This document shows, one piece after another, positions 1-9,506 of a stretch of DNA of 64,000 bases. Source of the stretch: Ignavibacteria bacterium (lineage in GTDB: Bacteria > Bacteroidota > Ignavibacteria > Tepidaquicellales > Tepidaquicellaceae); the NCBI GenBank assembly GCA_016710985.1, contig JADJTX010000015.1, positions 63,859 through 127,858 of the forward strand. Reading direction: 5' to 3'. The translations under genes and the position numbers were made by a program. The notes below the pieces were generated by a model. It had not been told where the DNA came from. It saw only the letters and a program-made list of their open reading frames with translations, and did no database searches. Each line of letters opens with the position of its first letter. Positions within the stretch are counted from its first letter, which is position 1.

Positions 1-795
1 AGTTCTGTTTCCGTCTTCAAATACTCTCCGTCTTCCTTTTCAAAAGTAATAAGTGAAATTGCTAAAACACATAATGCAAATATTGTTATATTATCTGCAA
101 CTTCATTAGGAAAGGACATTGCCGGCAGAATAGCAATCAGAACAGGATCAGCTGTTTTCAATGATTGTACGGATTTAAAAATTACAGATGGAAAAATAAC
201 TGCAACAAGACCTGTATATGCCGGAAAAAGTCTTATAGAAATTAAATCTAATTCCGGGAATCTTTTAATTACTTTAAGGCCGAATGTTTTCAAACCACAT
301 AAAACAGGCGAAACCGACATTGATGTTGAAAAGATAGATATCGGGACTTTGAATTTAACCGAATCAGATTTTTCTTCAGTTGTAAAAGAGATCATTGTCA
401 GCAACGAAAAATTAGATGTAGCCGAAGCAGACAGGATCGTATCCGGCGGAAGAGGATTGAGAGGACCGGAAAATTTTACCCTTATAGAAAATCTTGCAGC
501 TTCAATAGGAGGGGCAACAGGCGCTTCAAGAGCGGTTGTAGATGCAGGCTGGAGACCGCATTCAGAGCAGGTCGGACAGACAGGAAAGACAGTGTCACCG
601 TCTCTTTATATTGCATGCGGTATCAGCGGAGCAATTCAGCATTTAGCAGGAATGTCATCATCAAAGTGCATAGTGGCAATAAATAAAGACAAGGACGCCC
701 CTATCTTTCAAATTGCTAATTACGGAATAGTCGGAGATGTATTTGAAATCATCCCGGCATTGACGGATGAATTTAAAAAAGTTATGGCGAAATAA
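1..795 (+). CDS. etfA: Electron transfer flavoprotein alpha subunit, 5' end cut by window edge
   Basis: Frame 1 has no stop from nt 1 up to the listed M at 349. The C-terminal FAD-binding signature YIACGISGAIQHLAGM, plus SGGRG and VVDAGW, is typical of ETF-alpha. TAA stop at 793-795. Confidence 0.9.
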   Translation, partial: SSVSVFKYSPSSFSKVISEIAKTHNANIVILSATSLGKDIAGRIAIRTGSAVFNDCTDLKITDGKITATRPVYAGKSLIEIKSNSGNLLITLRPNVFKPHKTGETDIDVEKIDIGTLNLTESDFSSVVKEIIVSNEKLDVAEADRIVSGGRGLRGPENFTLIENLAASIGGATGASRAVVDAGWRPHSEQVGQTGKTVSPSLYIACGISGAIQHLAGMSSSKCIVAINKDKDAPIFQIANYGIVGDVFEIIPALTDEFKKVMAK

Positions 796-888
796 ATATT
801 ATTTGTGTCTGTAATTTATATTGTAAATACGAAACTTTTACTTTAGCTTGGCAGTAATTAATTAACAAACAAAAGATTTTAATTATAA

Positions 889-1542
889 ATGGATAACTCT
901 CAGGATACCATACAGGTAGACATATTCGGACTTTCTTTAACACCTTCCATCAGCGGCGGAGGATATGCAATCATTCTTAAAGAAATTTCCGGCAACAGGC
1001 GATTACCAATCATCATCGGTCAATACGAAGCTCAGTCAATTGCTTTAGAACTCGAAGGCATAAAACCGCCGAGACCTCTTACACACGATCTTCTGAAAGA
1101 AGTGATTGAGGTTTTCGGATACTCCGTAAATTATATTGTAATTAATGAGCTTAGAGACTCTACATTTTACGCAAAAATAAAATTTGATTCTTCAAGCATT
1201 GAGGAAATGGATGCAAGACCTTCGGATGCTATTGCCATCGCTCTGAAATTTTCATCGCCTATTTATGTGAGCTCGGATATTATGGATGAAGTAGGATTTG
1301 TACCTGAATTCGACGAACAGGTCCTTCCGAAACAGGAAAATGAATTTGAAGAGGCTGAGGAGGGTATCAATCCTGAACAGATTAAATCAAAACCCGTGGA
1401 GACAAAAAATCTTTCCAATAAAGAGAAAAAACTGGTTCAGCTGAGAAATGATCTCGATGAAGCAATAACTAAGGAAGATTACGAAAAAGCAGCGCAGCTC
1501 AGGGACGAAATAAAAAAAATGGAAATATCAAACCTGAATTAA
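889..1542 (+). CDS. Bifunctional nuclease (BFN/DUF151) family protein with C-terminal UVR motif
   Basis: PIIIGQYEAQSIALELEGIKPPRPLTHDLL matches the DUF151 core (IGxxEAxxI...RPxTHDL). The C-terminal EDYEKAAQLRDEIKK resembles a UvrB/C (UVR) helix. Confidence 0.7.
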   Translation: MDNSQDTIQVDIFGLSLTPSISGGGYAIILKEISGNRRLPIIIGQYEAQSIALELEGIKPPRPLTHDLLKEVIEVFGYSVNYIVINELRDSTFYAKIKFDSSSIEEMDARPSDAIAIALKFSSPIYVSSDIMDEVGFVPEFDEQVLPKQENEFEEAEEGINPEQIKSKPVETKNLSNKEKKLVQLRNDLDEAITKEDYEKAAQLRDEIKKMEISNLN

Positions 1543-1587
1543 TAAGTTATCTTTTCATGAATATTTTGTAAACTAAAATAATACTAA

Positions 1588-2151
1588 GTGAAAAAATTTT
1601 TTTTTATTGTGACATTATTACTGGCAGCTTTTTCAAATATATCATACTCGCAATTTTTACCCAATCTGAAACTGAATCATCAATCTAACAACTCTGCTAA
1701 ATTAAAATCACCTATAAAATTAAATTCACTTCCGTCTTCCGGAGCAAGTGTCGGATTTAATCTTGGGTTTGGGATCATAGAAAGCGAAGTTGCTTTTGCA
1801 CTCGGTGCTTTTGCTGAGCTGAAGGCAGACGACTTTGCATTTGTACCGCAGGCAAATTACTGGAACGGTTCAGATCAGTCAAACTTTGAACTTGCCGGAC
1901 TCGCAAGATTTTATTTATCAAAGAAACGTCTGATACCGTATCTTGACGGCGGCCTTGGAGTTAATTTTTATAATTCAGATAAAGATGATTTTACAAAGTT
2001 AAGCATTATTGCCGGCGGAGGGGTTGAACTCACGAATCTGGGCACTTCGTTCAACTTACTGTTTGACGGTAAATATAAACTGATCGTAAATGACGGCGGT
2101 AATTTGTCCTGTTTTATCTTTACAGTCGGTATGAAGTTTCCTTTCAGATAA
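1588..2151 (+). CDS. Small outer-membrane beta-barrel protein (porin-family-like), GTG start
   Basis: N-terminal signal peptide (MKKFFFIVTLLLAAFSNISYSQ). Alternating Gly/aromatic beta-strand pattern. C-terminal aromatic-rich ...TVGMKFPFR. Confidence 0.5.
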   Translation: MKKFFFIVTLLLAAFSNISYSQFLPNLKLNHQSNNSAKLKSPIKLNSLPSSGASVGFNLGFGIIESEVAFALGAFAELKADDFAFVPQANYWNGSDQSNFELAGLARFYLSKKRLIPYLDGGLGVNFYNSDKDDFTKLSIIAGGGVELTNLGTSFNLLFDGKYKLIVNDGGNLSCFIFTVGMKFPFR

Positions 2152-2176
2152 AATCCTGATCAGGCAGAAGTATATT

Positions 2177-2210
2177 GCGTAAAGGAATAATTCTTTTACG
2201 CTTTTTTATT
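2177..2210 (+). terminator. Rho-independent terminator after the OMP gene
   Basis: Hairpin gcgtaaag-gaataatt-cttttacgc (one G-U pair) followed by a TTTTTTATTTT run. Confidence 0.5.
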
Positions 2211-2220
2211 TTAATTGTGA

Positions 2221-2960
2221 ATGAATAATTTATTAATTGATATCGGTAATTCCGATGTAAAAGTGGGTGTCGGCAGACCGGGGATCTTAGAAATAAAATT
2301 CAACGGAAGATTTTCTTATTCAAAGAGAAATTTTAAAAAAGACTTAACAGTTAATTTCGACAAACTTAATTTAACAAAAAAGACTTTCATCAACATCGGT
2401 ATTTCAGCTTTAAAAGATGCAGATAATAATTATTTAAATAAATTTTTTCAGAGTGAGTTTAATTTAAAGCCTGTTTTTGTAAGCAGGGATATGAGTCTTC
2501 CCATAAAAATAAATTATTCAGCAGGACTTGGCAATGACAGGATATGCAATGCTGTGGCTGCTGTGAGGATGTATGGTAAAAATAATATTCTCATAATAGA
2601 CTTCGGAACGGCAACTACATACACAATGGTTTCGGGTAAAGTCTTAACAGGCGGAATGATCTCACCGGGGGATAAAGACTTCCCTTCTTTCATTAACTGA
2701 AAGACATCACTTCCTGAAATTGAACTCAATTTTCCAAATGCCGTCTTTTGCAAAAATACAGGAGACAATATTAAAGCAGGTGTTTTATATCAGGCACTTT
2801 ATTCAGCAGAAAGGGTAATTCTTGAATCTAAAAAAAGTATGGGAAATTATTTGTTGTTGCAACAGGCGGTTATTCGAAATTAATTTCTGTAAGAACAAAA
2901 TTGATAAATACAGTTGAGAGGCATCTGGTTTTAAAAGGAATTAATTTCATCATCTCATGA
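2221..2960 (+). CDS. coaX: Type III pantothenate kinase, reading frame interrupted by three 1-nt homopolymer indels
   Basis: N-terminal LLIDIGNSDVKVGV, NDRICNAVAA and IIDFGTATTY are CoaX motifs. Correcting G5 at 2667-2671 and A3 at 2700-2702 restores ISPGIKTSLLSLTEKTSLPEIEL. Correcting T3 at 2850-2852 restores ...VVATGGYSKLISVRTKLINTVERHLVLKGINFIIS*, with stop at 2958-2960. Confidence 0.75.
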
Positions 2961-3379
2961 TAAAAATCTTAACGAAGGAAATTGTAATTTCTACCAACGG
3001 GAACTGTGACATAAAGAACATCACGGAAAGCGTGCAGACAGTTTTAAAAGACAGTAAAATGAATGAAGGAAGCTGTACTGTATTTTCAATCGGTTCGACA
3101 GCTTCTGTAACAACCATCGAATATGAGCCCGGACTCATAAAAGATCTTCCTAAAGTTCTTGAAAAATTAATTCCTGCATACTCAAAATATCATCATAACG
3201 AAACCTGGGGAGATCATAACGGACATTCACATATCCGGTCCTCCATCATTGGCACTTCACTTACAGTTCCTTTTGTAAAAAACGAACTGATTCTCGGTAC
3301 CTGGCAGCAGATCGTATTAATTGATTTTGACAACAGAAAACGAACAAGAAGAATAGCTGTTCAGCTGACCGGAGAATGA
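2957..3379 (+). CDS. YjbQ/UPF0047 family protein (secondary thiamine-phosphate synthase-like)
   Basis: HHNETWGDHNGHSHIRSSIIGTSLTVPF...GTWQQIVLIDFD is the conserved YjbQ core. Its start overlaps the coaX stop in an ATGA. Confidence 0.8.
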   Translation: MIKILTKEIVISTNGNCDIKNITESVQTVLKDSKMNEGSCTVFSIGSTASVTTIEYEPGLIKDLPKVLEKLIPAYSKYHHNETWGDHNGHSHIRSSIIGTSLTVPFVKNELILGTWQQIVLIDFDNRKRTRRIAVQLTGE

Positions 3380-4619
3380 AGTTTAATAATTTGAAAACGA
3401 AAATAGTAATTTTTCTTGTCATACTCGTAACCATTGCTTTAAGAGTGTATGATATCGAACAGAAGAACCTCTGGTTTGATGAAGTATATTCCTGGAAGAT
3501 CGCGCAGGGCAGCATTGTACAGATCGTGAGCGAGACATCGGGAGACATTCACCCGCCATTCTATTATATTATCTTAAAATTCTGGATGCAGATTGGCTAC
3601 AGTCAAAGCCGGCTTACTTTATTCAGTATTTACAATTCTAGCTTTATACACACATTACTTTGCATTGTTAATTTTATTCACAGAGCTGATCCTGATTATC
3701 ATATTTTACTATTTTCAAAATACCGGCAAGAAGACTTTAAAAGATACCTGCTCTATTTCCTCTTAGTAAACATTTTATATATTCCATGGTATCCCGTTTT
3801 TATGCAGCAGGTATCAAAAGGGCAGCCGTGGAGAAAAGGTCAGACTATAATGGAAATAGGTAACAGCATTCTTGATTATTTCAAAGATATCTTTCTCAGC
3901 ATTTATTTTAATTTTGAAAGCAATGCCGTTTTTATTTTTCCATATTCTTCAGCATTATCTTAGTAACTTTTTTAATTTTCTCTCTGTTAAAAATTATCAA
4001 TTCCGGAACATTCTTTACAGATAGGCAAAACTCCATAATATTATTATTTTGCATTCCCTTTTTAATCGCAGTCATAATATCTCTCAGACAAAGCATAGTA
4101 CTGTCCCGTTATCTCAGTATTCTGCTGCCCTATCTTTTCATAATGTTAGTTTATTTCTCTTTTAAGTTATATCAGTCAAGAACCGCTATTGTAGTAACTA
4201 TATTTGTTTTAATGACAAGCATTTACGGAACATATCTGAATTACAATAACAATTTTAAGAATAATGACTACCGAAAGGTAATTTCCTACATTGAAAACAA
4301 TTTCAATCCGGGAGACGGGATCATAGTGGAGCCGCATTTCATGGGATGGAGCATAAATTATCATCTTAAACACAGCAATTCAAATTTAAAAGAGCCCGAC
4401 ATTCTGGGCTGGGATCTTAACATGCAGCTGAATTCGCTGAAGGAAAAAACTGATCTCAATAAGTTATGGTTCGTTCTTGATTACAGTGCACTTGGACAGA
4501 ACAATTATGATTCACTGCCTGCGCTGATGAGTGAATTAGGTTATAAAAGAGAAAATGAAAAATCTTTCTACATTATACCTGCAAAAGTGAATGTTGAATA
4601 TTATGTTAAATCTTTTTAG
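3376..4619 (+). pseudogene. GT-C fold glycosyltransferase (family 39 / ArnT-PMT-like membrane protein), fragmented by at least 3 frameshifts, possibly with an internal deletion
   Basis: The N-terminus VYDIEQKNLWFDEVYSWKIA...DIHPPFYYIILKFW is typical of GT39/PMT_2 proteins. An alternate frame around 3600-3750 reads ...ILALYTHYFALLILFTELILIII... . The frame of ORF 4143-4619 extends upstream to about 3945 (IFFSIILVTFLIFSLL...). ATGA overlap with the upstream gene. Confidence 0.5.
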
Positions 4620-4745
4620 AAATTAAACACGATCAGGTAATGATATGATAATATTTTCGAGCGCTTTTTATTAATTCTTTATCTTTATTTTTACCTATAA
4701 AAGTCTTAATTTCAATTAAATAAAATACATTTCAAACTAATTTAA

Positions 4746-6869
4746 ATGATCCCAAAACTTAAGAATTTATTTACCAAATCCGGCTACCGGTCAGTTTCAA
4801 AATTTTCTTTTCTGCTTTCTTTACTTGCTCTATTCATCATAATTTCCGCATTTTATTCTCCTCTGGACATACAGGACGATGTAAATAACAAGTATACCAA
4901 TGTCGGGAACATCGCATTAACTGTTACAAATTACGGCACCATAGGAAATGGATTTGCGGCATTTCCCACACAGCCTTCCTGCCAGTATCCGATAGGCTCG
5001 GGTATAGAAAACCTGTTTGTCGGGGGAATTTGGATCGGTGGTGTAAAGAACGGTGATATAAGGGTTACAACCGCTGCAGTGGATGTATCTTCTTTAAGCA
5101 GAAGCGAAGGTTTTGAATTCACAAATGCACCCGGCTCGGGAATAACAGAAAGGTCGTCATTACAGACTTCCCCTAATTTCAGACCTGATGCGGTCTCTCA
5201 TCAGGACTTTGTAAGCGAATTCTTTGACACAAATCTTACAGCCGGAGGAACGGTAATTCAGAATCATGTTCCAATGGGATTCAAAGTGCTGCTCGAATCT
5301 TACTGTTATAATTTTAATTTTGCAAATAACTGGGTAATACTAAACTATAAGATCGTAAACATAGGCTACAGAAGTGACAACGCGCCGATAGACAGCATTT
5401 ATGTCGGAATGTGGTGTGACGGTGTCGTAAGAAATACAAACATTTCGCCTCCCGTCGGATCTGCATTCTACAGCAAAGGCGCAGACGGTTATGACAGTAC
5501 TTACAGAATGGCTTACGAATACGACTACAACGGAGACCCGGGTTTTACTGACAGCTACGTTGCTTTTAAATTTCTCGGTATAAGTCCGAGACCGGCGCAG
5601 GAAAACATAAATGACAAGACTCACTTTACAATATGGCAGTTTAGAAATACTACAGACCCGCTCTATTTTTCACCTACAGTTGATAATAATTCTTCACCGG
5701 ACGGAGCAGGTAAATATCAGAAACTTCAGGGATATCTGAAAACAAATCCGAACGACTCAATTGATAATCCGACTGTTATTCCATCAAGATTAGATGTACT
5801 CAGACATACTCCGAGCAACAGATCTACATTGGTATCATACGGACCTGTGAGAACCCAGAACAACGGAAGTTATTCCTTAAGATATTTACAGGATACTATC
5901 AACGCTGTGTTTGCTGTTGTCTGCGCAAAGAAATCCGGAACGGCTCCTACTCCATGGGATTCATCTTATCAGAGAAATAATTTAAATGTTGCGGCAAGCT
6001 GGGCGCAGAGCGCTTATGATAACGGATACAGACTCCCCTCCCCTCCCGATATTCCAATTGTTAAGACTGAGCTTGGCGATAAAAGAGTCACATTATACTG
6101 GGCTGCAAATGCGGAGAAGTCAGTTGATCCGATCTCCAACATAGAAGACTTTGAAGGTTACAATATTTACAGAACTAATCCCGGATCAGATCTGACATTA
6201 AATCAGGATCTGACAAGTCTGCTGAAAGTTGTCGGGACATTTGACAGTGCGCATAATAATGTTGGAAATAATACAGGATTTAATTTCATAAAGATGGCAT
6301 CGCCGAAATATTTTGACGGAGATACAACGCCTTACTATTATAAATTTGATTTCCCGAATCAGCTCAACGGATTTCAGTATGTGTTTTCAGTGACAGCTTT
6401 TGATAAAGGGGACATTACGCAAAATCTCGGATCTCTTGAAAGCTCAATATTAGGGAACACACAGAGAATTGTCATAGGTACGCCTGCGAACAATGATGCA
6501 AGCGCGGAAGTCGGAGTATATCCGAATCCATATTACGGCAGCGCAGTCTGGGACGGAGCCGGGAATAAAAAAGAATATCTGAGAAAAATTTATTTTTATA
6601 ATCTTCCATCAAAATGTGAGATCACGGTTTGGTCGCTTTCTGGAGATCTTGTTGACCAGTTTGAACATGATGCGGCAACATATAACGGCGGTGAAATAGA
6701 GTGGTTCAATACTTATTCAGACGGCACGCAAAAGTTTGCCGGCGGAGAACACGCGTGGGATCTGATCACAGACAGCGAACAGGCAATAGCAACAGGGCTT
6801 TATCTTTTTACTGTTGAAGATCTGAACTCGGGAGATGTGAAGAAGGGTAAGTTTTTGATTGTTAAATAG
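4746..6869 (+). CDS. Large secreted or envelope protein of unknown function with a divergent T9SS/FlgD-Ig-like C-terminal domain
   Basis: Intact 707-aa ORF with an N-terminal hydrophobic anchor. The C-terminus VYPNPYYG...ITVWSLSGDLV...GLYLFTVEDLNSGDVKKGKFLIVK has the strand pattern of Por-secretion-tail-like domains but is not canonical. Confidence 0.45.
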   Translation: MIPKLKNLFTKSGYRSVSKFSFLLSLLALFIIISAFYSPLDIQDDVNNKYTNVGNIALTVTNYGTIGNGFAAFPTQPSCQYPIGSGIENLFVGGIWIGGVKNGDIRVTTAAVDVSSLSRSEGFEFTNAPGSGITERSSLQTSPNFRPDAVSHQDFVSEFFDTNLTAGGTVIQNHVPMGFKVLLESYCYNFNFANNWVILNYKIVNIGYRSDNAPIDSIYVGMWCDGVVRNTNISPPVGSAFYSKGADGYDSTYRMAYEYDYNGDPGFTDSYVAFKFLGISPRPAQENINDKTHFTIWQFRNTTDPLYFSPTVDNNSSPDGAGKYQKLQGYLKTNPNDSIDNPTVIPSRLDVLRHTPSNRSTLVSYGPVRTQNNGSYSLRYLQDTINAVFAVVCAKKSGTAPTPWDSSYQRNNLNVAASWAQSAYDNGYRLPSPPDIPIVKTELGDKRVTLYWAANAEKSVDPISNIEDFEGYNIYRTNPGSDLTLNQDLTSLLKVVGTFDSAHNNVGNNTGFNFIKMASPKYFDGDTTPYYYKFDFPNQLNGFQYVFSVTAFDKGDITQNLGSLESSILGNTQRIVIGTPANNDASAEVGVYPNPYYGSAVWDGAGNKKEYLRKIYFYNLPSKCEITVWSLSGDLVDQFEHDAATYNGGEIEWFNTYSDGTQKFAGGEHAWDLITDSEQAIATGLYLFTVEDLNSGDVKKGKFLIVK

Positions 6870-6878
6870 TTAATCGAT

Positions 6879-7050
6879 TGATTGGTTGATTGGTTAATCG
6901 GTTAAATTGTGAAATATTCAAATCGTTTCGATGATTTGAATTGAAATAGAATTGAAATGAAAATATATACAACCAATAATTTTTTATAAACCAGTTAACT
7001 AAGTAACTAATTAACCAATTAACCATTTAACCAATAACTGTTCAACCAAA
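6879..7050. repeat. Two inverted arrays of about 8-bp periodic repeats flanking a 73-bp spacer
   Basis: 6879-6916 reads TTAATCGA TTGATTGG TTGATTGG TTAATCGG TTAA. 6990-7050 reads AACCAGTT AACTAAGT AACTAATT AACCAATT AACCATTT AACCAATA..., the reverse-complement motif. The spacer holds a 9-bp-stem hairpin (attcaaatc-gtttcgat-gatttgaat) and GAATTGAAAT twice. Confidence 0.6.
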
Positions 7051-7091
7051 TATAAATTCAGAAAATACATTTAAATAATAAATAATACATT

Positions 7092-9386
7092 ATGAAAAAG
7101 CTAAAACATTTACCAATTGTAATTATTTCAGCATATATTTTATATGCGCTTGGATTCAATTTAATGGGATTAGGATTTACTCCCGTTACTTTACAGGAAG
7201 TTCAGTTTAAATCTGATGATTCTCTTGCTTTGGGAAGAGACAAGTCTCTGCTTGAAGGAGATTCCGTTGAATTTGTCGCAAGGATAACAGCTCCGCCGAG
7301 AGTAAGTCCGGCAAATTCACAGAACAAAATAATGCTCAGAGGAACAACAAGCTTTACCTGTTATGCTCAGGATACTTCTAACGGATTATTCGGCGGGATT
7401 GTGATAAGACAATCAAATCAAAATTCTGCAATAGGTTTAGACGCGATGGATACCGGACAAATCATACGGGTAAAAGGTATCATACAGGAATTCGGAGCGA
7501 CATCAGGAAATAATTTCGGTAACTGCCTGACACAACTTGCGCTTGATGTAAGCGGTCCTATTACGCCTATCGGCGGAATTACAAAAAGACCCGTACCGAA
7601 ATCAGTCAGCATTACTGATTTTGCAGTCGGAGACTATCCGAACGGCGGATCTATAAATTACATTCAGGGAGAAAAATATGAAGGAATGTATGTAGAGATA
7701 AGAAACGTAACCACTGCAGCCGGTATCGGTAACAGACAGCCTTTCAGTATAATTGACAGTGACGGAAACAGAATGTATATGAGGGATTTTTCAAACTGGT
7801 TCTCGACTTCCCCGTCAGGTGATACATTAAGGCCATGGACAGCTCCGGCGATCGGAACATTTGTGAATTACATCAGAGGCGTGGTCATCAACGCAAACAA
7901 TGAAGGAGCATTCGGAAGCCAGCTTCCTTACGTGATAGTTCCTATTTATCCGAATGATCTTGATCTCGGTAACGCACCGCCGATTCTTTCAGCACCTATA
8001 AGAGCTCCGGGCGTACCTACTCCGCCTGATAGTGTTTCTATAACTGTTACTGCGAGTGATCCGGGATTGTCAGTTTCAACTATTGCTAACATGAATGTCT
8101 ACTGGAGATTCAACGGAGGTGCATACAGCAATAAGCAAATGGCGCAGTTAGGAACAAGCAATCTTTATAATGCAAAAATGCCTCCTGCAGCGCTCGGAAC
8201 ATTAGTAGAATATTTCATAAGAGCTGAAGATAACCTGGGCGGAATAAAACTTTTACCGTCAGATACTTTAAAATCAAAATTATTCTATAAAGTAAGAGAA
8301 AATGATTCCATGTCGGTTCAGGATGTACAGTATTGTCCTAACAACGGAGGACGTTCGGCTTACGAAGGTTATGATGTAAGAGGACTTGAAGGAGTTGTAA
8401 CAGCGGATACATCAGACATACCGGGAATTAACTTTACCAGCTCGGCAGGAAATCAAACCTCACCTCGAAGAGTATATATTCAGAACGGACAGGGAATATA
8501 CAGCGGGATCTGGCTTGCAGGAGGACCGACCGACGCATTGAGAAAAGGTGACAGAGTAAGAGTCAAAGGAACAGTTGAAGAAAATTTCAGCGTAACAAGA
8601 CTTAACATAACAACTCCGTCTAATATAGTTGTTCTGTCAACCGGTAACACACAGCCAACACCGGAAATTCTTTCAACAGCTCAGCTTCCGAATTCAACAC
8701 AGGACGGTGAAATAGCAGTAGAGCAGTGGGAAAGTGTTTTCATCAGATTCAATACCCCGATCACAATCAACTGTATAAACGCAGGTGTCGGAATCGCGTG
8801 TACAACTTCAGAGCCGTTACAGGATACTACATTCAGAAGAAACTTCGGCGAGATATTAGTTGCTGACGGATCAAACATTAACTCAAGGATCGAGCTTCAG
8901 GACGGAAATCATACATTCACAAATAACTGGGACGGAACTCAGAATCCTCCGCAGCCGGGATATACTCTGTTAACCAAGAATGACATAATATCCTATACAG
9001 AAGGAATATTATATTTTGCATTCAGCAATTATAAGTTAACACCGAGAAAGAATCCTGACTTCGGTACGGTAACACCGGTTGGAATTTCTGAAAACAATTC
9101 GCTTGTAAATTCTTATGCATTGCTGCAGAATTACCCGAATCCGTTCAATCCATCTACAGTGATCAATTACAACATTCCTGTTTCAGGAGATGTTTCTTTG
9201 AAAGTTTATGACATGATCGGAAGAGAAGTAAAGACATTGGTTAATGGATTTATAAGCAACGGCAGTTATTCGGTTAATTTTGACGGAAGCAATTTGTCGA
9301 GTGGTATTTATTTTTATAAGTTAGAAGCAGTCGGAAAAACAGGTGAGAAGTTTGTCAGCACAAAGAGAATGGTGTTAGTGAAATAG
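7092..9386 (+). CDS. Secreted T9SS cargo protein of unknown function
   Basis: Intact 764-aa ORF with an N-terminal signal/anchor. Canonical Por secretion tail: NYPNPFNPSTVINYNIPVSGDVSLKVYDMIGREVKTLV...SSGIYFYKLEA...KRMVLVK. Confidence 0.75.
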   Translation: MKKLKHLPIVIISAYILYALGFNLMGLGFTPVTLQEVQFKSDDSLALGRDKSLLEGDSVEFVARITAPPRVSPANSQNKIMLRGTTSFTCYAQDTSNGLFGGIVIRQSNQNSAIGLDAMDTGQIIRVKGIIQEFGATSGNNFGNCLTQLALDVSGPITPIGGITKRPVPKSVSITDFAVGDYPNGGSINYIQGEKYEGMYVEIRNVTTAAGIGNRQPFSIIDSDGNRMYMRDFSNWFSTSPSGDTLRPWTAPAIGTFVNYIRGVVINANNEGAFGSQLPYVIVPIYPNDLDLGNAPPILSAPIRAPGVPTPPDSVSITVTASDPGLSVSTIANMNVYWRFNGGAYSNKQMAQLGTSNLYNAKMPPAALGTLVEYFIRAEDNLGGIKLLPSDTLKSKLFYKVRENDSMSVQDVQYCPNNGGRSAYEGYDVRGLEGVVTADTSDIPGINFTSSAGNQTSPRRVYIQNGQGIYSGIWLAGGPTDALRKGDRVRVKGTVEENFSVTRLNITTPSNIVVLSTGNTQPTPEILSTAQLPNSTQDGEIAVEQWESVFIRFNTPITINCINAGVGIACTTSEPLQDTTFRRNFGEILVADGSNINSRIELQDGNHTFTNNWDGTQNPPQPGYTLLTKNDIISYTEGILYFAFSNYKLTPRKNPDFGTVTPVGISENNSLVNSYALLQNYPNPFNPSTVINYNIPVSGDVSLKVYDMIGREVKTLVNGFISNGSYSVNFDGSNLSSGIYFYKLEAVGKTGEKFVSTKRMVLVK

Positions 9387-9391
9387 TTCAT

Positions 9392-9449
9392 AGAGTGTGT
9401 GGAGTGTGTAGAGTATGTGAAGTGTGTGGAGTGTATGAGTTAATGGTTT
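9392..9449. repeat. Degenerate tandem array of about 9-bp GAGTGTGT(G/A) units
   Basis: agagtgtgtg gagtgtgta gagtatgtga agtgtgtg gagtgtatgag, immediately after the stop codon of the 7092-9386 gene. Confidence 0.6.
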
Positions 9450-9462
9450 AATTTAAAATAAT

Positions 9463-9488
9463 GCAGTCGGGATGGAATTCCCGGCTGC
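9463..9488 (+). terminator. GC-rich hairpin, possible terminator without a U-tract
   Basis: gcagtcggga-tggaat-tcccggctgc forms a 10-bp stem with one G-U pair. Flanking sequence is A/T-rich but there is no clean T-run. Confidence 0.35.
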
Positions 9489-9506
9489 AAATTTAAAATA
9501 CATTTA

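Noticed and set aside
2698-2700. In-frame TGA in coaX as evidence for stop-codon recoding or an alternative genetic code (TGA as Gly or Trp).
   Set aside because: The residues between 2671 and 2700 only match CoaX consensus in a shifted frame, which indicates a compensating +1/-1 indel pair. TGA also functions as a normal stop for neighbouring genes, for example at 3377-3379 and 14825-14827.
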